NCBI GenBank assembly: GCA_044220955.1
Contig: JBGAQA010000047.1
Span: 1 to 48,884 of the forward strand
Length of the DNA stretch: 48,884 nt
Direction of reading: 5' to 3'
From: Sandaracinaceae bacterium
Lineage (GTDB): Bacteria; Myxococcota_A; Polyangia; Polyangiales; Sandaracinaceae
In this document: piece by piece, positions 39,141-48,027 of the stretch
How positions within the stretch are numbered: the stretch's first letter is position 1
Layout of the letters: every line of letters begins with the position of its first letter
Made by a program: the position numbers and the translations under genes
The notes under the pieces: model-generated
What the model was told of the DNA's origin: nothing
Seen by the model: the letters and a program-made list of their open reading frames with translations, nothing else
Database searches by the model: none

Positions 39141-39313
39141 CCCCCGGACCACCCCGGGGCCCGCCCGGTTCGCGGGCGCCCCGCCGATCACGATACACCC
39201 TGTACGCCGGCCCCAGGTCGACGAGCGTCGGGCGCGACGCCCGTCTCGTCGACCCGGCCGCGCCGGGTTTCCCACTGGCGCCCCAGGGGTCCGGCGCGCT
39301 ACCGTCCGGCCCG

Positions 39314-40147
39314 ATGCTGGATCGTGAGCTCGTCGAGGCCGTGAAGCTCGCGCGCGAGGCGGGTGAGATCCTGCGCGAGATCTACGCCACCGACTTCACG
39401 GTCCGCGACAAGGCGGCGAGCGGCGCCGAGAGCGATCCCGTGACCGAGGCGGACACGCGCGTGAACGCGTTCCTCGTCGGGCGCCTGCACGACACCTTCC
39501 CGGCCGACACGATCGTCGCCGAGGAGAGCGCGAACGATCCGAAGGGCGGCGCCTCGCGCTGCTGGTACGTGGACCCGCTCGACGGGACCAAGGAGTTCAT
39601 CGCGAAGAACGGCGAGTTCTCCGTGATGATCGGGCTGGCCGTGGACGGCGAGGCGCGCCTCGGCGTCGTCTACCAGCCGACGACCGGCAAGCTCTACCGC
39701 GGCGTCGTCGGGGACGGCGCGTTCTACGAGGTGGGCGACAAGACGTTCCAGCTCAAGGTGAGCGACGTCGCCGACCCAGCCAAGCTGCGCCTCGTCGTGT
39801 CGCGCTCGCACCGGCCCGCCGGGACCGACGAGCTCAAGGCGGCGCTCGGCCTCGCGACGGAGATCCCGTGCGGCTCGGTCGGCCTCAAGGTCGGCCTGAT
39901 CGCGGAGCGCAAGGCCGATCTCTACGTCCACTTCTCGGACAAGACGCACGCCTGGGACGCTTGCGCGCCCGACGCGATCCTGCGCGCCGCGGGCGGGACC
40001 TTCGTGGATCTCACGGGCCGCTCGATCGAGTACACGGGCGCCGACGTGCAGAACCGCAAGGGTCTGCTCGCCACGAACCGGAAGAGCTACGAGAAGGTGC
40101 TGGGCGTCATCACCGAGCTCGCCCAGAAGCACGGCGTCGCCGGCTGA
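39314..40147 (+). CDS. cysQ: 3'(2'),5'-bisphosphate nucleotidase CysQ
   Basis: PVTEAD, AEES, WYVDPLDGTKEFI, VVSRSH, GSVGLK, WDACA. Confidence 0.88.
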   Translation: MLDRELVEAVKLAREAGEILREIYATDFTVRDKAASGAESDPVTEADTRVNAFLVGRLHDTFPADTIVAEESANDPKGGASRCWYVDPLDGTKEFIAKNGEFSVMIGLAVDGEARLGVVYQPTTGKLYRGVVGDGAFYEVGDKTFQLKVSDVADPAKLRLVVSRSHRPAGTDELKAALGLATEIPCGSVGLKVGLIAERKADLYVHFSDKTHAWDACAPDAILRAAGGTFVDLTGRSIEYTGADVQNRKGLLATNRKSYEKVLGVITELAQKHGVAG

Positions 40148-40163
40148 TCGCGGCCGAGCCCGA

Positions 40164-40634
40164 TCAGAACACGTACTGCATCCGGACCCGGAGCTCGAGC
40201 TCGCCGCCGGCGAACTCGAACTGCGCGTCGCGGAAGCTCGGCGGGCCCATGGAACCGCGCGCGTCGCGAGAGGCACCGACCCCCTCGGTGGGGATGCCGA
40301 AGATGCCGGTGTCGAAGTCGCCCTCGTCGTCCTCGTCGTGGTGGAGCGAGACCGCGTACGTCCCGGGAGCCACGCCGAGGAAGGCGCACACGGCGCGCGC
40401 ACCGCGGATGGTCGCGCTGACGCTGGCGACGGCTCGCTCGGCATGGCGCGGGAAATCGTCGGCGCTGGCGTAGAGGGCGCAGCGCACGTGGCCCCGATCG
40501 CTACGGAAGCCGGACGCGTCCACGACGATCCGGTCCGGGGGCGACGCGGGGCCGGCGTCCTGCGCGTGGAGACGAGGGGAACAGAGCGCGACGAGCGCGG
40601 CGAACGCGAGCGCAGAGGCGGCTCTCACGACCAC
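40164..40634 (-). CDS. DUF2141 family secreted protein
   Basis: Signal peptide; PGTYAVSLHHDEDDEG.FD..IFGIPTEGVGAS...GPPSF. Confidence 0.85.
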   Translation of the reverse strand: MVVRAASALAFAALVALCSPRLHAQDAGPASPPDRIVVDASGFRSDRGHVRCALYASADDFPRHAERAVASVSATIRGARAVCAFLGVAPGTYAVSLHHDEDDEGDFDTGIFGIPTEGVGASRDARGSMGPPSFRDAQFEFAGGELELRVRMQYVF

Positions 40635-40715
40635 GACTCGAAGGGGGCGTTCACCATGGTCGGACCTGGTGAGGGGTCGAGACCGCCGGGTCGAGCCCGC
40701 ATGGCGCCGGGTGGA

Positions 40716-41771
40716 TCATGCGAGGGTGAGGGCGGCGGCCAGCGCCGTCGCGAAGAAGGCGCCGTAGCCGATCACGTCCACGAGCGCAGCGCGGAGGTGC
40801 TCGAAGCGGAGCACGCGGTCGTCGCGCGTCTCGACGTACGTCGCGGGGATGGGCGTCTCCATCGAGCGATACGTGCCCGTTCCGCCCTCGGGGATCGCCA
40901 GGACCGCGCTCACGAACCCGCGCCGCGAGCTCAGCCTCGCGTCCGGGTGCGACGCCGCCGCGACGTCGAGCAGCACCCGCGATCCGTCGAGCCGGCGCGC
41001 ACGCACGCGGCCGCGCTCTTCCGTGTCGATCACCAGCGTCTCGCGGCCCACGGGCCGGCGAAGCGCGGCGAGCACTCGTCGCGCCGGGTCGACCAGCAGC
41101 GCCACGCACGCGAGCGCGAACGCGAACGCACACGTCTGACCGACGGCGAGGGCCGACCCTGGAAACGCGATCGCGACGAAGATCGAGCCGGCGAGCCACG
41201 CCACGAGCGCGCGGGGAGTCGTCTCCGGCACGGGCGCGTCGCGGACGAAGCTCGCACGGCGAGAGGCCGCTCGGAGGATGGCGTCGAGCGCCGCGGGCTC
41301 GATGCGTACGCGGCCGACGGGCGAGGGGACGCCGATCACGGCCCCCGTCGTCAGCGTGATCCGACGGCCACCCGGGTCGACGATCTGCACGAGGCGCGCG
41401 CGACGCGGCATCGCGCTGTCCCGGCGCTGGCGCAGACATGCGTCGCTCCACGCGATCGAGGTGGCCACCCGCCCGCCGCGCAGCAGCGTGATCGTCTCGT
41501 CGTCCCAGCGCACCGTCGCGTCCAGCGCGTGGCGGCGCAGGTAGAGGACGGCCGGCGCGATCGTCGCGATCGTCACGGCCGCCACGAAGATCGCCCCGGG
41601 CACGTCGCTCTCGACGACGCGAACGAGCGGCACGAAGACCGACGCGACCCAGCCCGCGGCGAAGAGCGCGCCCGCGAAGAGCCGCACGAGCAGCGGAAGC
41701 GGCACGAGCCTCAGCGCCGCCTCGTGCTGTGCGCCGACTCGTCCTTCGCGCTCGGTCTCGACCTCGTGCAC
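40716..41771 (-). CDS. Hypothetical membrane protein
   Basis: GGAGG RBS before GTG 41771; several hydrophobic segments; no family recognised. Confidence 0.55.
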   Translation of the reverse strand: MHEVETEREGRVGAQHEAALRLVPLPLLVRLFAGALFAAGWVASVFVPLVRVVESDVPGAIFVAAVTIATIAPAVLYLRRHALDATVRWDDETITLLRGGRVATSIAWSDACLRQRRDSAMPRRARLVQIVDPGGRRITLTTGAVIGVPSPVGRVRIEPAALDAILRAASRRASFVRDAPVPETTPRALVAWLAGSIFVAIAFPGSALAVGQTCAFAFALACVALLVDPARRVLAALRRPVGRETLVIDTEERGRVRARRLDGSRVLLDVAAASHPDARLSSRRGFVSAVLAIPEGGTGTYRSMETPIPATYVETRDDRVLRFEHLRAALVDVIGYGAFFATALAAALTLA

Positions 41772-41832
41772 GGTGCCTCCAGCATGAACCATTTCGCGGG
41801 CTCGCGCCTTGGGCTCGGCCTATGATGCGCAC

Positions 41833-42777
41833 GTGTCCGACCCGCGCGCGTCAGGCTCGTCGCCGACGGGGCAACAGGCTCCTTTCTGGAGCCTCCGCGA
41901 CGAGCGCGGCAACCCGCTGATCGACGACCCGATGCGCGGCAAGCGCATCCCCGCCGGAACCCTCGTCGCGGGCAAGTACAAGGTCGCCGAGCCGATCGGG
42001 CGCGGCGCGTACTCCACGGTCTACGCCGCGACGCAGGAGCCCATGGGCCGGGCGGTCGCGCTCAAGGTCGCGGGCGGCAGCACGGACGACCCGGTCCTGC
42101 GCGCCCGCTTCACGCGCGAGGCGCGCTTCCTCGCCGCCATCGACCACCCGAACGTCGTTCGCATCTACGAGCTCGGGTGGCTCGAGACCGGGCCGGCTGC
42201 GATCGCGATGGAGCGCCTGAGCGGCGAGACGCTGCAGCAGCGCCTCGACCAGGCCGGCCCCATGGACGAGGCCGCCGCGGTCGCGATCCTGCGCCCGGTG
42301 CTCGACGCGCTGACGGAGGTGCATGCCCGCTCGTTCGTGCATCGCGACCTCAAGCCCGCGAACGTGATGCTCACGGGCCCGCGACACGCCCCCGTCCCCA
42401 AGGTGCTCGACTTCGGCATCGGCAAGGACCTCGCGGACCAGGAGCAGCTGACCGCGGCCGGCAAGTTCGTCGGAACACCGGCGTACCTGGCGCCCGAGCA
42501 GATGAAGCCGAAGACGACGGTCGACGCACGCGCGGACCTCTACACGGTCGGCGTGCTGCTCTTCCAGATGCTCACGGGACGCCTGCCCTTCGTGGGGCCG
42601 GGCGCGCGCGTGATCTTCGCCGTGATCAGCGAGCCCGCGCCCAAGCTGCGGACGCTGCGCGCGGACGTCTCCCCGGCGATCGAGGCCCTCGTCGCGCGCG
42701 CGCTCGCGAAGGACCCCGCGCTGCGTTACGCGACCGCCGAGGAGATGAGCGCCGCGATGCTGGACGCCCTGCGATGA
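41833..42777 (+). CDS. Ser/Thr protein kinase (cytoplasmic, kinase-only)
   Basis: IGRGAYSTVY, VALK, HRDLKPAN, DFG, GTPAYLAPE, DLY. Confidence 0.95.
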   Translation: MSDPRASGSSPTGQQAPFWSLRDERGNPLIDDPMRGKRIPAGTLVAGKYKVAEPIGRGAYSTVYAATQEPMGRAVALKVAGGSTDDPVLRARFTREARFLAAIDHPNVVRIYELGWLETGPAAIAMERLSGETLQQRLDQAGPMDEAAAVAILRPVLDALTEVHARSFVHRDLKPANVMLTGPRHAPVPKVLDFGIGKDLADQEQLTAAGKFVGTPAYLAPEQMKPKTTVDARADLYTVGVLLFQMLTGRLPFVGPGARVIFAVISEPAPKLRTLRADVSPAIEALVARALAKDPALRYATAEEMSAAMLDALR

Positions 42778-42823
42778 GGACGGCCGGGTCGCGTCCCGCG
42801 GCGCGCGGGGATACGCTGCGGGC

Positions 42824-44389
42824 GTGACCCATCCGCAGCGGATCGGGCGCTACCAGGTCGTCGGCTACCTCGCCGCCGGCGGCATGGCGGAGATCTTGCT
42901 CGGGAAGCTCCTCGGACCGGGGGGCTTCGAGCGCCCCGTCGTCGTCAAGCGCGTCCTGCCGCACCTCGCGAGGCAGCGCGAGTTCCGCGACATGTTCCTC
43001 GACGAGGCGCGCATCCAGGCGCGCATCCGCCACCCGAACGTCGTGCACGTCGACGAGCTCGGCGAGGAGGGCAGCGAGCTCTACATGGTGATGGAGTACC
43101 TGGCGGGCGAGAGCCTGGCCGGGCTCGCCAAGCGCGTCGGCCGCGCGGGGGAGCGCCTGCCGCAGGAGGTCGCGGCACACGTCGTCGCCGAGGCGCTCGC
43201 CGGGCTCCACGCCGCGCACGAGCTCGTCTCCGAGGACGGCCAGTCGCTCGGCCTCGTGCACCGCGACGTCTCGCCGCAGAACGTGTTCGTCACGTACGAC
43301 GGCATGGTGAAGGTGCTCGACTTCGGGATCGCGAAGTTCCTCGACCGCTCGGTCGAGACGAGCACCGGCCACCTCAAGGGCAAGTTCGCGTACATGTCGC
43401 CCGAGCAGTGCCGGAACGAGCCGCTCGACCGGCGGAGCGACCTCTTCTCGATCGGCATCGTGCTCTGGGAGCTGCTCGCGGGGGCGCGCCTCTTCCAGCG
43501 GGGCAACGAGATGCTCGTCTGGAAGGCGATCGTCGAGGACGAGATCCCGACTCCGTCCTCGCGGCTGCCGGAGGGCGCGGCGCCCATCGCGCCGTCGCTC
43601 GAGGCGCTCGTGATGCGCACGCTCTCGCGCGAGGCGTCGGCGCGACCGGCGTCGGCGGGGGAGCTGCGCCGCGAGCTGCTCGCGGTGCTGCGCGAGATCG
43701 ATCCCGCCGGGAGCGCCCCCGAGAAGCTCGTCGCGATCATGGCGCGCACGTTCCCCGATCGCATCGGGGAGAAGCGCGAGCTGCTGCGCCGCGTCCGCGC
43801 GGGAGACACGGTGACGTCGATCCCGTCGGCCGACATCGACATCGACGTGAAGGTCGAGGAGACGCAGCTCGCCGTCGCGAGCGCCGCGACGCGGGCCGGT
43901 AGCGGGCGGAGCCGCACGCCGTGGATCGCCGCGGGCGGCCTCGCCCTCGCCCTGCTCCTCGCGACGACGGCCTGGGCGCTCGGTCTCGGCAGTGCTCCGC
44001 CCACGCCGAACGCCGCCGCCAGCGCCGCTGCCCCACCCTCGCCCTCGCCCTCGCCCTCGCCCTCGCCCTCGCCCGTCGTCACCGCTCCCGCCGCGTCGAC
44101 CGAGGTCAGCGTCCAGATCGAGAGCACCCCCGCGGGCGCCGACGTGCTCTCGCCCGACGGAAGCTCGCTCGGACACACCCCGTGTACGGTCTCGCTCCCG
44201 CAGGGCACCGACGCCGTCGCGCTCCGTGTCACGCTCGCGGGCTACCGCGAGCACGTCGAGACGGTGACGCCCGACGTGAACCAGCGCCTCCGCTTCACGC
44301 TCGCGCGCGAGCGGCGCACCGCGACCCGCGGCGAGAGCGCACCGCCGCCGCCGACGACCGGGGCGCCCGAGTTCTTCCGCTTCGATTGA
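42824..44389 (+). CDS. Ser/Thr protein kinase with TM helix and PEGA domain
   Basis: LAAGGMAEI, VVVK, HRDVSPQN, DFG, GKFAYMSPE; TM segment; IESTPAGADV...LGHTP...GY (PEGA). Confidence 0.95.
   Translation: MTHPQRIGRYQVVGYLAAGGMAEILLGKLLGPGGFERPVVVKRVLPHLARQREFRDMFLDEARIQARIRHPNVVHVDELGEEGSELYMVMEYLAGESLAGLAKRVGRAGERLPQEVAAHVVAEALAGLHAAHELVSEDGQSLGLVHRDVSPQNVFVTYDGMVKVLDFGIAKFLDRSVETSTGHLKGKFAYMSPEQCRNEPLDRRSDLFSIGIVLWELLAGARLFQRGNEMLVWKAIVEDEIPTPSSRLPEGAAPIAPSLEALVMRTLSREASARPASAGELRRELLAVLREIDPAGSAPEKLVAIMARTFPDRIGEKRELLRRVRAGDTVTSIPSADIDIDVKVEETQLAVASAATRAGSGRSRTPWIAAGGLALALLLATTAWALGLGSAPPTPNAAASAAAPPSPSPSPSPSPSPVVTAPAASTEVSVQIESTPAGADVLSPDGSSLGHTPCTVSLPQGTDAVALRVTLAGYREHVETVTPDVNQRLRFTLARERRTATRGESAPPPPTTGAPEFFRFD
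44036..44074 (+). repeat. Coding hexamer repeat (CCCTCG)6 giving a (Pro-Ser)n linker
   Basis: Six perfect CCCTCG units plus CCC. Confidence 0.95.
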
Positions 44390-44409
44390 CCGACCTGTAC
44401 GCTGGGAGC

Positions 44410-45174
44410 GTGCGCCTCTTCTCTCTGTGCGCCCTGGTGCTCCTGGTGCTGGGCTCGCTCGCAGCGCGGCCGGTGCGCGCGCAGCCCAGCGGGACGCCGC
44501 GCGAGCGCGCCGTCGCGCTCTTCGCAGAGAGCGTGACGGCGTACCGCGAGGGCCGCTTCGACGACGCCGCCGAGCTGCTCGACGAGGCGTACGCGCTGCA
44601 GCCCGAGCCCGTGCTGCTCTACAACCTGGGACGCGCGCGCGAGGGCGCGGGCGACGACGACGCTGCGGCCGACGCGTACCGCCGCTACCTCGCCGCCGAG
44701 GGCACGGACGCGACCGACGCGAGCGCCGCGCGGGCGCGCCTCGCCGTGCTCGACCGCCGCATCGAGGAGCGCCGGGCCCTCGAGGCGCGCGCCGCCGAGC
44801 GCGAGGCCGAGGCTCGCGCTGCGGCGACACCGCCTCCTCCACCTCCACCGCCGCGCGAGGTCGCGATCGCTCCGTGGATCCTGGCAGGCGGCGGCGCCCT
44901 CGTGCTCGTCGTCGGAGGCGTGCTCGGCGGGCTGATGCTCGATCGCAACGCCGCCGCGCAGAGCGCGCCGAGCCAGCTCGCGGCGGTGGCCGCGCACGCG
45001 GACGCGGAGACCTTCGCGGTCGCGGCGGACGTGATGTACGGCGTAGGCGTGGTCGCCGCAGGCGTCGGTGTCGTGTGGGGGCTCGTCGATCTGCTCTCCA
45101 CGCCCCCGTCCGAGGCCGCGCACGCGCGGCTGCGCCTCGGTCCGACGGGCCTCGTCCTCGCGGGGACGTTCTGA
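44410..45174 (+). CDS. Secreted TPR protein with C-terminal hydrophobic Gly-rich helices
   Basis: Signal peptide; AYREGRFDDAA...LLYNLGRAREGAG..AADAYRRYL; poly-Pro; two hydrophobic helices; ends LVLAGTF. Confidence 0.85.
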   Translation: MRLFSLCALVLLVLGSLAARPVRAQPSGTPRERAVALFAESVTAYREGRFDDAAELLDEAYALQPEPVLLYNLGRAREGAGDDDAAADAYRRYLAAEGTDATDASAARARLAVLDRRIEERRALEARAAEREAEARAAATPPPPPPPPREVAIAPWILAGGGALVLVVGGVLGGLMLDRNAAAQSAPSQLAAVAAHADAETFAVAADVMYGVGVVAAGVGVVWGLVDLLSTPPSEAAHARLRLGPTGLVLAGTF

Positions 45175-46181
45175 TGCGCGCGGTCTGGACGGCCGCAGTC
45201 GCGCTCGCGACGCTCGCGCTCGGCTGCGTGCCGGCGACGCTGGACCTCACCAACCGCCATTGCCCGTGCACCGCCGGCTGGACCTGCGACGACACGCGCA
45301 ACCTCTGCGTGCAGGGCGCGCTGCCCGACGCCGCGGGCATCGACGCGGCGAGCGACGCCTTCACGGCGGCCGACACGGGCGCCGGCACGGACAGCGGCAC
45401 CGACGCGGCGAGCGTCGTCGATGCGGCCTCGTTCGACGCGGGCATCGACGCGTTCGTACCGCCGCTCGACGCGGGCGCCGACGCGTACGTGCCCGCCGAC
45501 ACCGGCAGCGACGCCGGCCACGACGCCGGGATGCCGGGCGACACCGGCTGCTCGACGACCCTCGCGGCGGCGCTGATCTGCGACGGCTTCGAGAGCGACC
45601 CCGGACCCTGGACCGGGCGCGACGAGCGCATGGGCCTGGTCGTGACGGACGGGGTGCAGGCCGCTCGCGGCACGCGCGCACTGCACGCGCGGACCACGGC
45701 GGCTGGCGGCCAGGCCTCGCGCGGCGTCGCTCCGATCGGGCCCTTCACCTCGGGCGAGCTGTGGATCCGCATGTCGCTCTTCGTCCCCGCCTCGGCGGTG
45801 GTCAACGACTTCACGTGGGTGTCGATGGGCGAGACCGTCGCGCCCTACGGCGGCATCTCGCTCGGCATGGGCAGCGACGACGCCACCGGCTCGTACTCGT
45901 CGATCTCCGGCGACTACGTCTCCGACAGCACGCTCGTGCTGCCGCGCGACACCTGGGCCTGCCTCGAGCTGCACGTGGTCATCAGCGACACCGCCGGCGC
46001 GATCGAGGTGTACCGCGAGGGCGCGCTGCGCGCGTCGCGCTCGGGCATCGACACGCGCCCCGGCGGCGGCTTCTCGTACTTCTCGGCGGGCGTCGACTAC
46101 ACCGATCCGGTGACGCAGGGTCCGATCGAGATCTGGCTCGACGAGGTCGCGCTCTCGCGCACGCGCCTGCCCTGTCCTTGA
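45174..46181 (+). CDS. Lipoprotein with Cys-rich N-terminus and beta-sandwich (ConA/polysaccharide-lyase-like) domain
   Basis: LALGC lipobox; CPCTAGWTC...C; DAG linker; ICDGFE, WACLELHV, IWLDEVALS; TGATG coupling to the TPR gene. Confidence 0.75.
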   Translation: MRAVWTAAVALATLALGCVPATLDLTNRHCPCTAGWTCDDTRNLCVQGALPDAAGIDAASDAFTAADTGAGTDSGTDAASVVDAASFDAGIDAFVPPLDAGADAYVPADTGSDAGHDAGMPGDTGCSTTLAAALICDGFESDPGPWTGRDERMGLVVTDGVQAARGTRALHARTTAAGGQASRGVAPIGPFTSGELWIRMSLFVPASAVVNDFTWVSMGETVAPYGGISLGMGSDDATGSYSSISGDYVSDSTLVLPRDTWACLELHVVISDTAGAIEVYREGALRASRSGIDTRPGGGFSYFSAGVDYTDPVTQGPIEIWLDEVALSRTRLPCP

Positions 46182-46193
46182 TACGATGGCGGG

Positions 46194-46649
46194 ATGAACC
46201 GCAAGCTCGTCGCTCTCGTGCTCGTCCTGGCAGCCGTCTCGCTCTCGGGTCCGGAGGCGGAAGGACAGGCCCGGCCCGTCGCCCTCGTCAGCGTGCTCGG
46301 TCGCTGCCTCGACGTGTCCTACTCCATGGCCGCCAACGGCGCGGCCGTGCAGCTCTGGGACTGCAACGGCACGCCCGCGCAGCAGTGGTACCTCGAGGGT
46401 CCGCAGATCCGTAGCGCGCTCGGCCGCTGCCTCGACATCGCCGCGGGCAACGCCGGCAACGGCGCGCGGATCCAGACCTACGACTGCAACGGCACGCCCG
46501 CACAGCAGTGGACGTTCGTCGCCGGCGGCGCGCTGCGGAGCGGCCTCGGCACCTGCCTCGACGTCTCGTCGGCGAATTCCGGCAACGGCGCGGCGATCCA
46601 GAGCTACCAGTGCAACGGGACGCCGGCGCAGCAGTGGTCTCCGCGCTGA
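46194..46649 (+). CDS. Stand-alone secreted ricin-B (beta-trefoil) lectin
   Basis: Signal peptide; three G.CLD(V/I)...NGA..Q...CNGTPAQQW repeats. Confidence 0.93.
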   Translation: MNRKLVALVLVLAAVSLSGPEAEGQARPVALVSVLGRCLDVSYSMAANGAAVQLWDCNGTPAQQWYLEGPQIRSALGRCLDIAAGNAGNGARIQTYDCNGTPAQQWTFVAGGALRSGLGTCLDVSSANSGNGAAIQSYQCNGTPAQQWSPR

Positions 46650-46669
46650 GCGAGTGCGACAATCACGCG

Positions 46670-47173
46670 GTGCGAACGACGAACGCCCTCCGTGCAATCT
46701 CGCTCTCGCTCCTGATCGCCACCGCGGGCGCCAGCGCCCACGCTCAGCAGGCCGACGTGCCCGCGACCGCGGGCGAGACCCCGCGGCCCTACGTCGAGGG
46801 CGAGGACGGGCACGCGCCGATCGCGCGCGCCGTCGCGCAGAGCCGGCGCGATCACCGCACGGTCGTCGTGATGTTCGGCGGCAACTGGTGCATCTGGTGC
46901 CGGCGCCTCGACTACTCGCTGACGCACGACCCGGTGCTCGCGCCGATCGTGCGGCAGAGCTTCCGCTTCGTGCACGTCGACTCGCGCGCGAACCACGCGC
47001 TCGACGAGGAGATGGGGCACCCGACCTCGCACGGCGTGCCGGTGCTCGTGGTGCTCGACGCGGACGGTCACCCGGTGTTCACGCAGGACACGAGCCTGCT
47101 CGAGCTGGGCGAGGGCCACAGCCGCACGCGCGTCGAGGCGTTCCTGCGGCGCTACCTGCCCGCCGGCAGCTGA
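46670..47173 (+). CDS. Secreted thioredoxin-family protein
   Basis: Signal peptide; FGGNWCIWC; GVPVLVVLD (cis-Pro loop). Confidence 0.88.
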   Translation: MRTTNALRAISLSLLIATAGASAHAQQADVPATAGETPRPYVEGEDGHAPIARAVAQSRRDHRTVVVMFGGNWCIWCRRLDYSLTHDPVLAPIVRQSFRFVHVDSRANHALDEEMGHPTSHGVPVLVVLDADGHPVFTQDTSLLELGEGHSRTRVEAFLRRYLPAGS

Positions 47174-47176
47174 GTG

Positions 47177-47563
47177 ATGCCCGCCCGGATCGACCACGTC
47201 ATCCTCGCGGTGAACGACGTGCGCGCGAGCGTCGCGTTCTACGAGCACATCCTCGGCTTCACGCACGAGGGGCAGGACGGCCCCTTCTCGGTCGTGCGCG
47301 TGTCGGAGGACTTCACGCTCCAGCTCGCGCCCTGGGGCACGAAGGGCGGCGAGCACCTCGCCTTCGCGCTGTCGAAGGAGGAGTTCGACGCGGTGCTCGC
47401 ACGCATCCGCGCGGCAGGGCTCCGCTACGGCGACTCGTTCCACACGGTCGGTCAGCAGGCGGGGCCGGGGCGCGAGAACGGCGCCCGCGGCGCGGCCCCG
47501 ACGCTCTACTTCTTCGACCCGAGCGAGCACCTGCTCGAGATCCGGTACTACGAGGCCAGCTGA
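47177..47563 (+). CDS. VOC/glyoxalase family protein
   Basis: IDHVILAVNDVRASVAFYEHILG, HLAF, LYFFDPSEHLLEI. Confidence 0.92.
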   Translation: MPARIDHVILAVNDVRASVAFYEHILGFTHEGQDGPFSVVRVSEDFTLQLAPWGTKGGEHLAFALSKEEFDAVLARIRAAGLRYGDSFHTVGQQAGPGRENGARGAAPTLYFFDPSEHLLEIRYYEAS

Positions 47564-47574
47564 CCAGGACGGCG

Positions 47575-48027
47575 TCAGGGCAGAGACTCGCGGCAGGCCT
47601 CGGCGAGCGCCTGCAGTTCTTCGCGGACCTTCGCCTCCGAGCCCCAGGTGTGGTTCCGCGCGAGGTAGAGCATGTCGTCGAGCGCGCCGCAGCGCGCGGC
47701 GAGGTCCGCCTCGAGGAAGGCCGCGACGCGCACGCAGAGGTAGGCCACCGCGTGGTCGAGCGAGACGTCGCCGCGATCGAGCAGCTCGGCCACGACCACG
47801 ACCTGCATCGGCGCGACGCGATCGTCGAGCGTGAGCCCGGCGAGCGCGAGCAGGCGCGCCGCGAGGTCGTCGGGCGGCATGTCGCCGGGTGTCGCGCGCT
47901 CGAGCAGCGTCTCGCTCGGGCGTCCTGGCTCGAGCAGCCGCCGGTCGACGAGGTCCTGCAGCTCGACGCGCGTCGCGAGCCCGAGCTCGAAGCGCACCGA
48001 GAGCAGGATCTCCTCCGGGATCGTCAC
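47575..48027 (-). CDS. Hypothetical helical protein
   Basis: GTG start overlaps the upstream stop (GTGA); normal composition (VTIPEEILLSVRFELG...). Confidence 0.55.
   Translation of the reverse strand: MTIPEEILLSVRFELGLATRVELQDLVDRRLLEPGRPSETLLERATPGDMPPDDLAARLLALAGLTLDDRVAPMQVVVVAELLDRGDVSLDHAVAYLCVRVAAFLEADLAARCGALDDMLYLARNHTWGSEAKVREELQALAEACRESLP

Noticed and set aside
46290..46640. Spaced ~30-bp direct repeats
   Set aside because: They are the three coding subdomains of the ricin-B lectin.
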